From positions 1,428,001 through 1,492,000 of the forward strand of contig NC_087252.1 in the NCBI RefSeq assembly GCF_037042905.1: a DNA stretch of 64,000 bases, read 5' to 3'. The notes under the pieces are model-generated. The model was not told the origin of the DNA. It was given only the letters and a program-made list of their open reading frames with translations, and searched no databases. The stretch's first letter is position 1; every line of letters begins with the position of its first letter. The position numbers and the translations under genes are program-made. This DNA is from Lytechinus pictus (Eukaryota). This document shows positions 1-15,080 of the stretch, one piece after another.

Positions 1-514
1 CTATTTGTTTTGTTTTTTATTGCTTGAATTATACAATATTCAAATTTTTACACATATGACAATAAGAACCAATTTGACATATAAGTTAACATAAAATGTT
101 AAAACAATGGTAATTCTACATGTTTATGCAGGAATAATACCTATTTATATTCACATGACATTGAGGAGAAAAAATAGAATATTTCATATATCATATAATA
201 AAATACAAAAGAAATAGTGAGTGAGGTCATCAGTCTCCTTATTTGCCTACAGACCAGGATGTGCACATAACTGTTTCGCAAATTTAAGCGAAACTTAAAA
301 ATGTCAAAACCTTCTTTAATATTTTGTATAAGATTTTGATGAAATTTTCAGTGTTATGCTTGTTGGATTTTCATTTTCTTTTTATTCAAATCCATTTTTT
401 GTTGGAGTGTACTTGTCCATGAACTAGTCTGTTGTCTTCCTGATTCAGATATTCAATTTATTTTCTGTCTATAGTCATAATGATGGCAATAAATTGCCTA
501 TTGATCTACATTCC

Positions 515-856
515 CAGGGGTGATATTCGTATCGCGAACCGCGAACGAACATTTGCACACACACATTCCAAGATGCTATACGCGCCCCCTAGAGCCCGGC
601 CGGGGCGGCCCGGGTAGCGGGCATGCATGCAGCTAGCACAGGGGTACGGTCGGAATCACTGCGTTGCTGAAATTACCAATTATTAGTTAGAGCCACGCGG
701 TGAAATATGTATGGTAGCGCCAAAAGTACCAAATCAAAAAAAAATCGGAAAAAAGCTTGGATTTTCAAAATTGGGCAAAAATGAAGGAAAAAATCGTATG
801 CCATGCTGGAAAAGAAAATCAGAAATTTGATTTAAATCGGAGGAATATCACCCCTG
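515..856. mobile_element. hAT-like MITE
   Basis: TIR CAGGGGTGATATTC...GAATATCACCCCTG; CATTCC duplicated on both flanks. Confidence 0.75.
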
Positions 857-917
857 CATTCCATTTGGTCTCATCTGCTTTGTCAACAACAAGTTAATTT
901 CTTATTACCATTTTGCC

Positions 918-1063
918 CCCAGGGAGTGGAGAAAGTGCATACATTGTACGTGGGCATGCCAAGATCCGATGACCAGGGTAATAATATATCTGTAAAGCGC
1001 TTTAGAAACGATGTTACAATGTAAAGTGCTATATACATGTAAAAGCAGATTGTTATTATTATT
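918..1063 (+). mobile_element. 3' part of tRNA-derived SINE
   Basis: Reverse-complement similarity to 2028-2170; TGTAAAGCGCTT and (TTA)n tail. Confidence 0.65.
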
Positions 1064-2027
1064 GCTCTTATTACAATTTAGGCAATACCCATTTCATCTT
1101 ATACCCACTAGGTCTAATACCAATTTATCAGTATTGCTAGACGAAGTGTTTATGAACTAGTTCATTCTGGTTTTCATAAAAGCAGAAAGATAAGAAATAT
1201 AGAGATGAAAGTTTGATAAAAATTCATCTAAAGGAATAACAGAGTTATGATTGTTGTTTGAATTTGTGATGTCAAAGATGAGCAGCTAATCCATATGTTG
1301 TGTGATACAAACTCCACAAAATGCCATTTTCTCAAATAATTGATGATTATATGTGTGTGAGGGATAAATCATCAGACACGTCAAAACTTCATACCACCTT
1401 CTAGAAAAACAAATTTTCATTCATAATATTTCTTTGAAAAATTGGAGTTTAAGGAATTTATATTACCAGATTATATGGGTGAGTTGCTCGCATAGAACGT
1501 CACAAATTAGAAAATTTAAAAAGGCATAGCTCTCTTATTCTTTGACATATTTTAATCACACCTTAACCATTATTGTTCTCTTTTTTTCTGATTATCTTAA
1601 AACCTACTTGAGGTTGAATTCCCCTTTTAAACTAAGTTGTCCTTTGGGTGAACTTCCCCTTTCACACATATTATTACAGCTGTTAGGAAAGAGGTGTCGA
1701 GTATTCTTAATATTAAACAGGTTATCTCCACTTTATTTTTTGTTGTTTCTGTAAATACCATGGAGGAATGACTTTATTTTGTAGCAATAGATCTTAACAA
1801 CTTACAAAAAAGATCATATTACATTTCTGAAAGTGTTAGGACTACTCTGAAGGTCTTACTCAATGCAGACCTGTGTCACTGCAACAACTCCATAAATCGT
1901 CCCTTTCTAAAGCTTCAGTGCTATTATCTACTCACAGCAAATCAAACACCATGGATTAGGTTAACAGAAGTTGTGAAATTTTAGACCATGAACCAATTCA
2001 AATTTTGGGACATGAGTAAGCTTCAGA

Positions 2028-2361
2028 ATAATAATAATCCACTTTTATATAGAGCTTAATATATCAGAACGACGTGTCTAAGCGCTTTACAGATATATTA
2101 TTACCCTGTCATCGGATTCAATCAGTCATTCCCGCACACAATGTGTGCACATCCTCCACTCCCTGGGGAGTATTCCAGTCAGTCGCCGGCGAGGCGCACA
2201 CAGTGCTGGACAAGCTACAATGACTTTCACATCCTACCGGGTACCCATTTAGCACCTGGGTCGAGAGTGGCAAAGTGTGGATTAACGCCTTGCCAAAGGA
2301 CGCCAGACCGCGGTGGGATTCGAACACGCGACCCTCGGTTTACAAGGCAAGAGTCAGAACC
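2028..2361 (-). mobile_element. tRNA-derived SINE
   Basis: B-box GTTCGAATCC head, CCCAGGTG...AAATGGGTACC core, (ATT)n tail; relatives at ~9360-9548, 47178-47440, 47550-47735, 52930-53205. Confidence 0.8.
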
Positions 2362-2667
2362 TTGAGCATGATGAGCAATTGGTATGATCCAGTGATTCCT
2401 CGTTAACTACATGCATTTGGAAGAAGCATTTTATTTTGTCCAGGGCTACATTTTGAGCTCACTAACCTGGCTACATTGTATTTCAGTTACATGTAATATT
2501 GACCCAAAAAGGAATTTCAAAGACCCTGTTTTAGTTTTGAAGGTTTTGGGGGCAAATTAGCCTTGTCTGTAAAATGCACTTGATTTGTGATTGTCCTGGT
2601 CTTGACCATGGACTTACACAGGTTTAGGCAAATTAATTTCAAACCACCTTTGTGACTTGCACCCTAT

Positions 2668-2954
2668 GGCCTGTATTCTGAAGTCATTCTGTGCTAAAAT
2701 TATGGGAAGCCAAAAGTGTCAAAATTTTTATTAAGTTGTATGTTTCTTATGTTTACTGTGCTCTTTCCTGATTCATCAATGGTGAAGACAATCATCTATT
2801 TATACTTCCTAGACAATTATGAATGATTTGAGAGCCAAATGAGCTGAAATATGATATCTCTACTGTTAGTGATTTATGTAACAATTGGCTATCCATAATT
2901 AAACCACAACTTTACACCTGAGTTTAAGTTAAACCTGACTTCAGAATACAGGGC
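2668..2954. mobile_element. PIF/Harbinger-like MITE family B
   Basis: TIR GGCCYGTATTCTGAAGTC; copy in opposite orientation at 11061-11383 and partial copy at ~5230-5361. Confidence 0.75.
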
Positions 2955-2974
2955 TATGAGTTCAGTAGATTTTA

Positions 2975-3127
<153 letters not shown>

Positions 3128-3178
3128 TCAAAAACAAAAGAGAATAATTCAATATTTCAACTGGGCTAACTCAGACCT

Positions 3179-3336
3179 GGGGCCCGTTTCATAAAGAGTT
3201 ACAACTGTTGTAACTTTGCCATTATGGCAACTACCATGGCAACAGGGCTCAACAGCCAATCATAATCAAGGTTTCTATGGTAGTTGCCATAATGGCAAAG
3301 TTACAACAGTTGCAAGTCCTTTATGAAACGGGGCCC
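3179..3336. mobile_element. Foldback MITE family A (PIF/Harbinger-like)
   Basis: Near-palindromic ~160 bp, TIR GGGCCCGTTTCATAAAG, CWG flanks; copies at 12564-12724, 16432-16588, 24559-24723, degenerate at ~11884-12020 and ~20858-20963. Confidence 0.8.
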
Positions 3337-3514
3337 AGGGGAACATAACACAAAGCTTAGCAATCATCGTAGAACATTTTTTAAAGATTGATTGCATTGA
3401 CTACAATGTACAATTAATCATGAAGATCAGGCTAACGATTACTCGCTAGCCTTTTGCTACGGGACCTAGGGGTAGCATAGGGACACAAGGATTACATGTT
3501 TGTTGGGAGGCTCC

Positions 3515-4173
<659 letters not shown>

Positions 4174-5499
4174 TCAATGGCTGGTTGAGAGACATGAAGA
4201 TTCCGGTTCAAAAACCAGAAGACCAATACAGGATTGAAGAAAGTTCTAAATGGAGATACATGTACACAAGGCCAATTCCACAGTTGAATTTTAGTATTGA
4301 CTGGAAGAAAAATTATTTTTGAAAGGAGAATATTAGCTTTTGTTAATAGATACCTATAATGCCCTACAACTCCATATTGAAGCTTATTTGATTTTTTTTT
4401 TCAAGTCAAGAACCGGATCCAAAAATTATGAAATCACTGATTCTATAACTTACTCATAGATTATCCATAGGCCTAAATGTATTTTATGCCTACAAAAACA
4501 ATTTTGTTTTAGTTCCACCAGATTCTAATCTTGTTATTCCAGTAAAGTTCTTCTTATAAACATTGCTGTATTGCTGGTTTAGTAAACATCAACAGAATTT
4601 TCCAAAAATCAAACAATAAGACGGAAGGGAAAATTCCGTATTTTTTGTCCAGGTAGTTTCCAACTAAATAAAATATTTTCAAGAAAATATGGGCAATATA
4701 TCAGCATTTTATGGATAAATCAAGAAGGATGTGAAATCTGAACTTTTAGTAACTTGGGGGGAATTCCCCCTCCCCCATTTCTGATTATCAGTTGCTGCCC
4801 ATGCAAAAAGGGGGTTAACGCTTTTCAAAATAACCACCAGAGTTCAGGCCTAAGTTTCTTTGATTTAATGACAGAGCTCTCAGGAAGCTGAAATCATAAA
4901 TCAACACAATAGCCATTTATTGTACCAGCATTTATCAAATTGCCCTTTTCTGTACTAGTATTCAAATGATTCCTACTTGAGATGTGTACTTTGGGTGATA
5001 TTACAATTGTTATACAATACTTGTACTTTTAATAGTTCCGTTCCACGATACTAACTGATTAGTGTCATCCCACAGGGTATATTCCTACTTCAACTACCAG
5101 TTTGTCTAAAACATGGTGTATAAATTGTCATTTATCCCATTCACCATTTTGTCTAATTTCCAGTGAATAGGCTACATACATTTTGATCGTTGTAGGTTTG
5201 CATGGTGGAGTTTATAACATGGAGAAGGTTTATGGTTTAAGAGTCAAATGAGCCGATACAATGAACATCTGATGTTAGAGATTTATGTCACAATTGGCTA
5301 TCCATAGTTAAACCACAACTTTACACAAGAGTTTACATTAAACCGACTTCAGAATACAGGCAAAAGGGGGATGTTAGGGGCTCTTTATTCGTTTTCCAGG
5401 GGCTCAGCAGGACATTTCGGGGGCAAATTTTGCCTCAAGACCCCCATGTAATCCCCCCCCCCCCCCACCGAGACCAAATTAATATAACCCAGCGTACTA

Positions 5500-5670
<171 letters not shown>

Positions 5671-6025
5671 TCAACAAGATAAAATAATTTGTATTGATCA
5701 GTGTCATTTAATAATAGCATAATAAAATATAAGTAAAAATTATATAGCACTTAATATAATTTTATAAGTGCGCATACTTTTTCTCTCTACGATTAAATAA
5801 TTAACAAAACTATAAACTTACAACCCTTTTTAAGCATTTCATTTTTATAAACATGTACATTTTTTTATAAACAAGTACTCCCACTCTTCATATAAAATAG
5901 GATAAATAAATCGGCTAGGGGAAATACATGTCAGCGAGATTTCTGCACTAATTTATGCCTTAATCAAATTCAACCACAATGGCGTATGATTGGGGAGCAA
6001 TTTGAACCATATTTGGAGGGGTGTA

Positions 6026-7109
6026 CAGTCAGACCGCAGGTCCCTATGCTAATGAGCAAAAAGGCCAGATTCATCCAAATCATCCCGTGGCTGAATCCTC
6101 CTCCTTGCAAAATCTCGTGATTCGTGAGATTTTCTTTCTCTAAGAATTTACCTGTTTTAACCTCAAGTTAAATGAAATATTATTGCACTATCAGATAGAG
6201 TAAAAGTTACTCTTTCATATTGGTCATTTATTTTGTATACAATATTTTGTTAAATAAGTAAATTTCTGGCCCGAAAATGTGCCTCAAAACTGAATTTTCT
6301 TCCCCTGTTTTCTTTTGCAAATTGTGCAAAACTTTTTATTTTGAGCCTCAATAATATCTCTATCACCATAAAGCTGAATTTCTGTACTTTCTCACAATGC
6401 CACTCTTGATATGCGGCACCTTTTAATCGGGTCAAGATCACACTTTTCCCACCAAGGTACAAGACGAGATTTCTGAAATTTTGTACTTGCATGAAATCCA
6501 GAGTTCTGATTGGCTGGATAAGGTTCACAGAACTACAGGCGCGGGGTATTTGAGGAGATTACCACATGGGAAGTGCGACCTTCCCACGAACCCAGGCACT
6601 GGGACCGTTGGAATTTGCCATTGTGTGGTCTCTTTGACCAATCAGAGTGCAGTATTCTTGTTTTCAAACTGCTTTATGTACTTGGCAAATGAAAAGTGTG
6701 ATCTTGACCCGATTAAACCAATTCTTATTTTGAAACCTATATCATTTCAAAGCATACATATTCAGCTTTATCATGATATAAAAATCATTTGGGCTCAAAC
6801 AAAAATAAAGTGTGAAAATAGCAGCTTTTGTCAGGTGAAATTATTTATTTTGTAGCATATTTTAGATCAAAATTTTAACCTATATTACAAAATCTTTTAA
6901 TAAATCCAAACACATGACCTGAAAGAATGATTCTTCCTCTTTACAATGGTACCAAATTCATGAAATTCGATGCACAATTAGAGCAGCAATGACCGAATGA
7001 AAAGAGGTGTTTTGGTCCGCATCAAGCTCATTAAATATGCAAAACATCTCAAGTCATGAATATCACTTGGATGAAAGAAGCCACTTTCTTCGGACCTGCA
7101 GTCTGACTG
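6026..7109. mobile_element. Non-autonomous DNA transposon (~1.1 kb)
   Basis: 18-bp TIR CAGTCAGACCGCAGGTCC / GGACCTGCAGTCTGACTG with 1 mismatch; superfamily unclear. Confidence 0.65.
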
Positions 7110-7984
7110 TGTACTTACATGTATGTGCTGATATGGTGATATACCTGACTTCTTAAAGATATAAAAACAGAGAATTCATTTTCAAATATCCACAATATCT
7201 ACCCTTGGTCTCTTATGGGTGAATATTAATTACTTTCATAATGAAAGCATGAAATATGATAACCAAAATAAGATTGAATTCACATCAGTATCAATGAAGC
7301 TGTGATACATGTACACTGCTCAGAATGAAAAGCGGATTTCTGGCTTTTTATGGGTGGTTTCATGACATTATTTATCGTAATGTTGGTTCCTTAATGACTT
7401 ATTACAGTTTCGCACCATTTGACTTGATTTTTTAGTTCCCAAGGGGGAATGATTACATGTACATCCCATGTGAGGTATCAATCAGTATTGAAACCCTAAA
7501 TTGGCAACGCTTTCATTTCTACCCGTTCATTCTAATGGTAGGCCTATCATGATACAGCCTTGATCCAAGATCACATACTGTAGGCAAGAAATTCATTACC
7601 ATATTGATAACGGAACCCTTTAGTCAACACACAAGGGTACCCGTGGGTGAGGATTACATGTAGGTCACCAAAGGCCAATTTCCAAGTAAATTCACTGCCA
7701 TGCTTGCTAATTGCTGGTATATGTTCATTCATTACTCAAACATGTGGCGTATCATACTGGAAATGTAGCTGGACCACAAAACTTGACCCCCAAAGAATAG
7801 GACAAGCATTGCATTCAGCAAAGCTTATAAGGTTTGGTGTCTCATCAAGTTGACTCGGTTAGGATGGGAAAACATAAAGTCATCAATGATCTTGTCTTCA
7901 GGTCTTTTATCAAGTACACTTTGTCATGAATATTGTCATGACAGATCTTAATGCGACTCTCTCTTGTAAAAATGGTCAAATGGT

Positions 7985-8166
7985 GGTGGTGATTTTTTTT
8001 ACCTGATTGCTAAGAAAGCATGAATGCTTGTAAGCTAGCAACCAGAGGACAAACGGATGCCTTTTTTAAATACCAAAGGGCACTAGCGTACCAAGTGGGA
8101 ATCGAACCCAGGTCACCAGAATCTGAAAGCCCGGGCCGCTCTACCGACTGAGCTATTGCGCCTCCT
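7985..8166 (-). mobile_element. tRNA-derived SINE (second family)
   Basis: A-box TAGCTCAGTCGG and B-box GGTTCGATTCC on minus strand; similar copy at ~55565-55785. Confidence 0.75.
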
Positions 8167-8345
8167 CGAAGCATGCATTTTGAGGAATTTTTCGGAAGTT
8201 TGAGGGGCGATCTGGGTTGTCATGAGGACAAAATCGCCTGTCACCCTCATGTATTTCCAACTCAATACTATACAATGTTTCCCAGAAAAGTTATTAAGTC
8301 AAATATTGAAGAGAACTAATTTCTCAACTGCTTGTTTCTTAACTC

Positions 8346-8545
8346 TTTTTCTTGTCATTTGTTCTGGCTATTTTATTAGCTCAGTGCTTTCTCAACCTTC
8401 CATACCTACTAAATATTTCTCCTCCGCTGGCATACTCGGTAACAAGGTACATGTATCTCCCCCCATCTCCATGACTTGATAGAGACGAATCATAGACGGG
8501 AGACTGAGAACCTTCATTACTCTAATCTCCCAGACAACATTCTTG
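8346..8545 (-). pseudogene. Degenerate partial duplicate of exon 2 and adjacent intron
   Basis: Aligns with 8761-8960 (e.g. aaatatttctcctccgctggcatactc); +2 nt frameshift in a C-run near 8458-8465; donor altered. Confidence 0.88.
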
Positions 8546-8796
8546 GCCTTTATACCAAAGTGACTTTAATTTTTATAAGGAAAGAAACCACTTTAAGAAT
8601 CTTGTCTTGTTGACTTTGTTAGAAAGACAAGAACACAAAATTTGGAATCTCATCAAGTTGTCTTTGCTATGATGGGAAAACAGGAAGTCATCCAAGATCC
8701 TGTCTCCTTGTCCAAAGAACAATTGACGAGAACCAGTCTCACCTTCTAGTTCTGGACTCCATTTTCTTGTTATTTTGCTCTGAATATATCATCTCA

Positions 8797-9150
<354 letters not shown>

Positions 9151-9802
9151 TTATATCGCATACTACACAAATGCTGTCCATTACAAACACAATTATCATA
9201 AATGTTCTATGCACCACACACTTATTATGGAATGACTCTTCTAGTTTTATGATCAGCTATACATGAATCATCCTGGGCAATGAGACGGGAGGTACGGATA
9301 TGACTTCCCTCCCTACCCCCCCCCCTTGCCTTCCCATGACGAGAAATTAAAAAAAATATTATAAATTATATAGGATTTGTAAAGTGCACATATCCACCTT
9401 GCTAGGTGCTCAAGGCACTGCTATATGTACACCCCGGCTAAGCTAGTCTATTGATTCTGGTGCGCACAGCTACGCCATGGCTAGGATTCGAACCCACGAC
9501 CCTCTGTTTGAAAGGTGAGAATCAGAACCACTAGACCACGACGCACCCACGTTATTACAATATATACTTGTTAAAACAAACTTTGGGTCTGTCCTAGAGA
9601 TCAAGATCACTCTGTTGACTTTATCTTTCTGAGATTTTTTTATTGTAAACACAAAAGTGTGTTCACCTTACCCAGACCTTAAAATTCATTGACCTTTCCT
9701 TGCCAGACACTGATGGAGTTGAAGAAAATTTCAATGATAAGATACCCAAACAAAATATTGGATAAACGTAGCAATTACCTAGACAAGAGAAGTTCATTTA
9801 TT

Positions 9803-10205
9803 TTAAAGGTAAATGCTAGTTTTGGTAACGATATAAAAAAAAGTTCGTACAGAATCCAATGAAATGACCACCAAAGTGTCTGTTTGTATAAATAAAACGC
9901 ATGTGCCAAAGGATTCTGGAAGAAATTGTGTGATTGCTGAGAAATCAGCAAATAAGCACAGGATTCGGGTAGAGCGTCGGGCCCGACGCTCAAAGCAATA
10001 ATTATACACTGTCCCACGTGCGCTTATCTGTGTTGGGGAAGTTCAGTCTGAACATTTTTCAGCGTAGATTTCAAGATTTCACAAAGTTCAGTTTATGTAA
10101 CTGTACCAGATCTAGATCCTCGATGATATACTGACAATTAAGCCTGGTTTTACAGACTTTCTCATGAAATCAGTGTTTACTGCAACTACAGGAATTTCTC
10201 TTTAA
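9803..10205. mobile_element. Kolobok-like MITE (TTAA-flanked)
   Basis: TTAA-AG...CT-TTAA ends; related copies at ~11422-11798, 35422-35823 (opposite orientation) and 52262-53553 (interrupted). Confidence 0.7.
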
Positions 10206-10289
10206 GGCTAAATTTGTAACATGGTGCCACAGAATATTGATCCGTGTTGTGTACAGTGCCATATGAAGTTTGACACTAGAATATAAAGC

Positions 10290-10558
10290 AAATTACGCTT
10301 ATTTTACCGCGTATATTTAAAAATGTCCAATGCTGATGCGCGCTTTGTCACAGTGCGCCAAATTGAAGCCTGTTGCCGTGGTTATCCATGCTAATTTATT
10401 CATGAGTAAACTCTTCAAATAGTGGACACATGAATAAAATAGCGTATCTAACGATGGAAACAGGCGTCAATTTGGCGCACTGTGACAAAAGCGCGCATCA
10501 GCATTTGACATTTTTTATACACGCGCCCAATACACGCTAGAAAAAATAAGCGTAATTT
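10290..10558. mobile_element. Foldback MITE with long imperfect inverted arms
   Basis: aaattacgcttatttt...tgtcacagtgcgccaaattga mirrored by tcaatttggcgcactgtgaca...aaaataagcgtaattt. Confidence 0.65.
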
Positions 10559-11060
10559 ATAGAGGAAATCTGCATAAACCATGGACTCAACCGTGGATTT
10601 TCAAAACCACCTTTGTGAATTTGGGCCTCTAGGTTTGATAAAAAAAACCATGGAAATGTTCTAGAAGGACCCTTTTCCTTCATGAAAACAGTGTATTCTA
10701 GGACCGAAAATGTTGAAAGAGTCTGAATTAAGGCTTTAGTCTGAAAAGTAGCACCCCATTAAAAAAAAGCACATTGTTCATGTGGAAGAAGAAAAATGTT
10801 GCACCATATTTCAGTGATGTTGCTGAAGTTTGCAGGACCATGTCTGAATGAACATGCAGACTGTATGGTAGCCTCAAAGAGAAGAAACAGGCTATTTCTT
10901 CTGTTTCTTGTTGACAGCTTGTTGAAAAGAATATTTACTGTTACATTTTCCCTTGTTTGCATGGTCACTCTGGACGACAAATTCTACCTCTACATAAAAG
11001 AGTCATGTATTATTAAACATAGCCTACTGAATCATCCCGTTTCACATAGGCCAAGAGCCT

Positions 11061-11383
11061 GGGGCCCGTATTCTACAGTCGGGCTTAACTTTAATAAACT
11101 CAGATTTAAAGTTGTGGTTTACATGTAAGTATGGATAGCCGATTGTTACATAAATCACTAACAGTAGAGATATCATATTTCAGGTCATTTGGCTCTCAAA
11201 TCATTCATAATTGTCTGGGAAGTATAAAAAGATAATTGTCTTCACCTTCGATGAATCAGGAAAGAGCGCAGTAAACATAAGAAACATACAACTTAATAAA
11301 AATTTTGACACTTTTGGCTTCCCATAATTTTAGCACAAAGTTAGACCATGGTCTAAGTTAAACCTGACTTCAGAATACGGGCC
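11061..11383. mobile_element. MITE family B, inverted relative to 2668-2954
   Basis: Reverse-complement match to 2690-2954 over ~260 bp; terminal GGCCCGTATTCT / AGAATACGGGCC. Confidence 0.8.
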
Positions 11384-12338
11384 TACAGGTGTAAAGTAAT
11401 AGCTATCAAAACTATTGATATTTAAAAGATAAATGCCAGTTGTGGTAACAATCTCAAAATGAATTCAAACAGGATCCAATAAATTACCACCCAAGTGCTT
11501 GTATTTAATATATGTGCCATATCGCTCTGGAAGAAAATTTGTAATTGTGGAGAAATGAGCGAAGTAAGCACGGAATTCCATCAAATATCAAGTGTTTTTC
11601 CAAGGAATTTTAATAAACTGTCCCACATATCCTTTTCTATGTTGTCATCAGAATTATTGATTTTCAGCTAAGAATTCATGATTTCACAAAGATAAGTTTA
11701 CGTTAATGTACTAGATGTAAATTAATTGTAATATTTTGACTATTATTAGACTTTGTCATGAAATAATGGTATGCTGCAACAACTTTCTTTTACCTTAAAT
11801 ATAAAAAGGAGAAACTCTGCTACTATTGATTATGAATAGTCTTCCTATTTAAAACAAGCTTTAATTCTTTAAACATGCTGAAGGAGCCTGTTTCACAAAG
11901 AGTTATAACTTTGGCAACCTTACAACTCTTATGGGAACTACATGTAGATCTGTGATAACAGGGCCCAGCAGCTAATCACACAGTTTTTGGTTTCCATGAT
12001 TGTAATAATGGCAAAGTAACAAAGTAACTATTAGTTTAATATTAAAAAGCAACAGGCCACTAATTTTACTATGAAATTTGCCTGGCGTTAAAGCCATTAA
12101 AACATTGAATGTAAACGGGGTATTATATTTGGATCATTGAAGAGTAAGGTGGCTAATCTTGTGGTTGTAAAGTATATTTCTAACACAGGGGCAGACAGTT
12201 CCTGACAATTGGAGAGAGTGCTTGGTCCACAAACAGCTGATCTGGAGTATTTGTTTACATCCCTCTCTTGAAAGATGTTTGATGGAAACATTCACCATTG
12301 TTTACTTTGAAATCCAAGATGTCTGGTTTATACCTCCT

Positions 12339-12485
12339 GGGGCCCGTTGCAGAAAGAGTTGCGTTTAAACGCAAGTCAAAAAATCTTGCGCAACTTGATT
12401 TTCAGCCAATGAAACACCCGTATTCGGGACTTGCGCTTGATATTCTAACTTGCGTTTAAACACAACTCTTTCTGCAACAGGCCCC
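12339..12485. mobile_element. Harbinger-like MITE family C
   Basis: TIR GGGGCCYGTTGCAGAAAGAGTTG; related sequence at ~27790-27935. Confidence 0.65.
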
Positions 12486-13508
12486 TGGGGTCACAGACGA
12501 CACAACCTCCTCCCCCCTTCAAACTCAGGGAGCTTTCATGGAACAAAAGTCAGTGATTTTCCAGGGGCCCGTTTCATAAAGGACTTGCAACTGTTGTAAC
12601 TTTGCCATAAGTGCAACTACAATGGTAACAGGGCTCAGCAGCCAATCAGAATCAAGGTTTCCATGGTAGTTGCAATAATGGCAAAGTTACAACAGTTGCA
12701 AGTCCTTAATATGAAACGGGCCCCAGGTCTCTTTTTAGCAATTTGGGGGCATAATCCCCTGAGCCCCTGCCAAATATGTAATTCTTCGATTTAAGGTGAC
12801 CAAATTCAAGATGTCCGCTAACACCCCATCAAACTTCAGGGGAAAATGTCATGAAATGATTAGTGATTTTTTATGACTATTTTGCCAATATAGCCAATTA
12901 GATGCAAGGATTTCACTAGCTGACATGTATAACAAATATTATAAATCACAAACTATTTGTTTCATATGCTCTATTAAAAAATCAACTTTTATCTGATTTA
13001 ATACATGAAATGTCCATGTACATTCAAGACTATTAACGACACAGAGAGCTTAAATGGGGGTGGGGAAGGGGGGTTCTCACTTCATCCAAACTAAAAAAAA
13101 TTATACGTTAATCTCAGACTGACCACTGAAACAGTGTTATAGGTCATTTGATGAATGTTGAAAAATTAACCAAACTTCCATTAGAATGCAATTTCTAACT
13201 AGGGCCAAAGAGCACAAAGCCTAGTGAAAAATCATAAGACTGTTTTTAATTATTCCTTGCAATGATCGAATACGTGCAATCAATCAAAAAAGCTAATCGT
13301 ACCATCAATTACTATTGTTATAGTCAGCTAGGAGACACTGGTAATCTGAACATTGCTTGATTTTCAAGTAGCTCCTCAAATGAAGATCTCTCTTTGATTC
13401 TAGAGCCTTGAGAGATGTTTACCTTCCGATGTTCTTGTGTTTGCTCAAAAACTTCTGATATGTGATCATTGTGTTACTACCGGTAATCTACAAAAAATGC
13501 GCCATCAA

Positions 13509-15080
13509 TATACAAATAGCAAATCGGCATGAGTGCGATGGTGCGAGATTTCGCATGAGGTGAAAGAAATATGCTCTATTCAACGAGGCGTTAGCCGAGT
13601 TGAATAGAGCATTTCTTTCTTTCACCGAATGCGAAATCTCGCACCATTGCACGAATACGAATATTCGCTATTTTTTGTTGTACAACGCCTCAGAATTTAG
13701 CGAAAATATGAAAAAACAAGAGTTTATCCCTATAGTAATCTATGAAAAGGGAGCAAAAATACTGAAAGCGGAAAGCAAAATCCCACACGCACGCATGACC
13801 CTTGGGCAGCATTGCGCATTTAGCCAGCAGGCTTATACGCCCATTGCACCTTCATTTTTAATGAGCGCCAACCAAAAAATTACACGGGGGCGGCGGGCGA
13901 ATTCGCCCCGGAAAGTCCAAAAAGAGCCCCGGAAAAGGGCTAAAAACATTCACACGAGGGCGACTGCAAAACTCATAATCGCCCCCGTCAACACTGTATA
14001 TTTCACAGTGGCAAATTGTCCATAAAGCATAGACTGTGTACAACGAATAGACCGTCTCGGCTCAGCGAATCGGAGACCGCTGATTGGCCAATCGCGCAGA
14101 TCACGTCATGACTACGTGGTCGCCAAAATAATTCCTTCGGACTGCGTGCGAAAGTATCGATAGCGATAACAATATCCGGTCACATTGTCAACGCGGGAAA
14201 TGGTCTTGGTTCGTGATCGGATCGCTTCAGTATCGATCGAAAATTATCGAGACTCGGCAATTTCATGCATATTCACGCGACGCTCCGAAACCCGGAAATC
14301 AATTGACTTTGTACACGTTGCGATAGACTCTACAAACTCCAACGAACACGATGCTATATCAACGCTAATTCGTAAGATTTTGACCGAAAATCAAGAAGTA
14401 ATCGAAATTCGCTTACCTGTTCGGTATCGGTGAGAAAATAGATCCTCCGAGAATACCTTTCATAATTCATATAAATTATAGGAAAGTGAAATTCTAGGTC
14501 GATTTTGGTACGAGGTGATAGAGTATTGCACACTTGCTTTGGTGGAATACTGTGTGGGGCTATGGAAGGCTTGCACTGCGCATGCTTACTATATTTTCAT
14601 TCATAAATTGGCTCTCGGCAGTGGCTGGATGACGTCATGTAATAAGCAAAATATACACGCCCGCTAGCGTTGAACGCACCGCATGTACAGTACATCTTGT
14701 TAAAGCAGAGCCTGCCCTGCACTGCTGACCAGCATCCCTTCTATGTGGCACACACACACACACCCTCACACACACACACGCAAAAAAGCCGCGAAATAGC
14801 TCCAGAAATTGTAGCCCTGGAAAGTGGAAAAAGAGCCCTGGAAAATGAAAAAGTAGCCCTGGAAAATTTTTAAGTTTCTCCAAAAAGAGCCCTGGAAAGA
14901 AAAAAAGTAATTTTTTGGTTGATGAGCGCAATGAATTAAATCGTATTGTGATGTCAACTCCTAAAGCCGTGCAACGGTACATTTTGGACGGTACGTCTTT
15001 TGCGTAACGGTACGAATGTTTGACATTCAGCCTCCCATTTGCTCGCGTACAACAAGCTATTAAAGTAGGCGTTGTACAAT
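13509..15080. mobile_element. Crypton-like non-autonomous element, copy 1 (interrupted)
   Basis: ~118-bp subterminal hairpin 13534-13651 centred on CGAGGCGTTAGCCGAG; second direct copy at 15233-15742; family assignment is recalled, not searched. Confidence 0.55.
13869..14921. mobile_element. 1053-bp DNA transposon with 15-bp TIR and 8-bp TSD
   Basis: Perfect TIR CAACCAAAAAATTAC; ATGAGCGC at 13861-13868 and 14922-14929; empty site in the neighbouring copy (~15588-15595). Confidence 0.88.

Noticed and set aside
9770..9795. Second AG|GT juxtaposition (CTTCTCTTGTCTAG|GTAATT)
   Set aside because: Short pyrimidine tract, weak donor, only ~0.8 kb from exon 2
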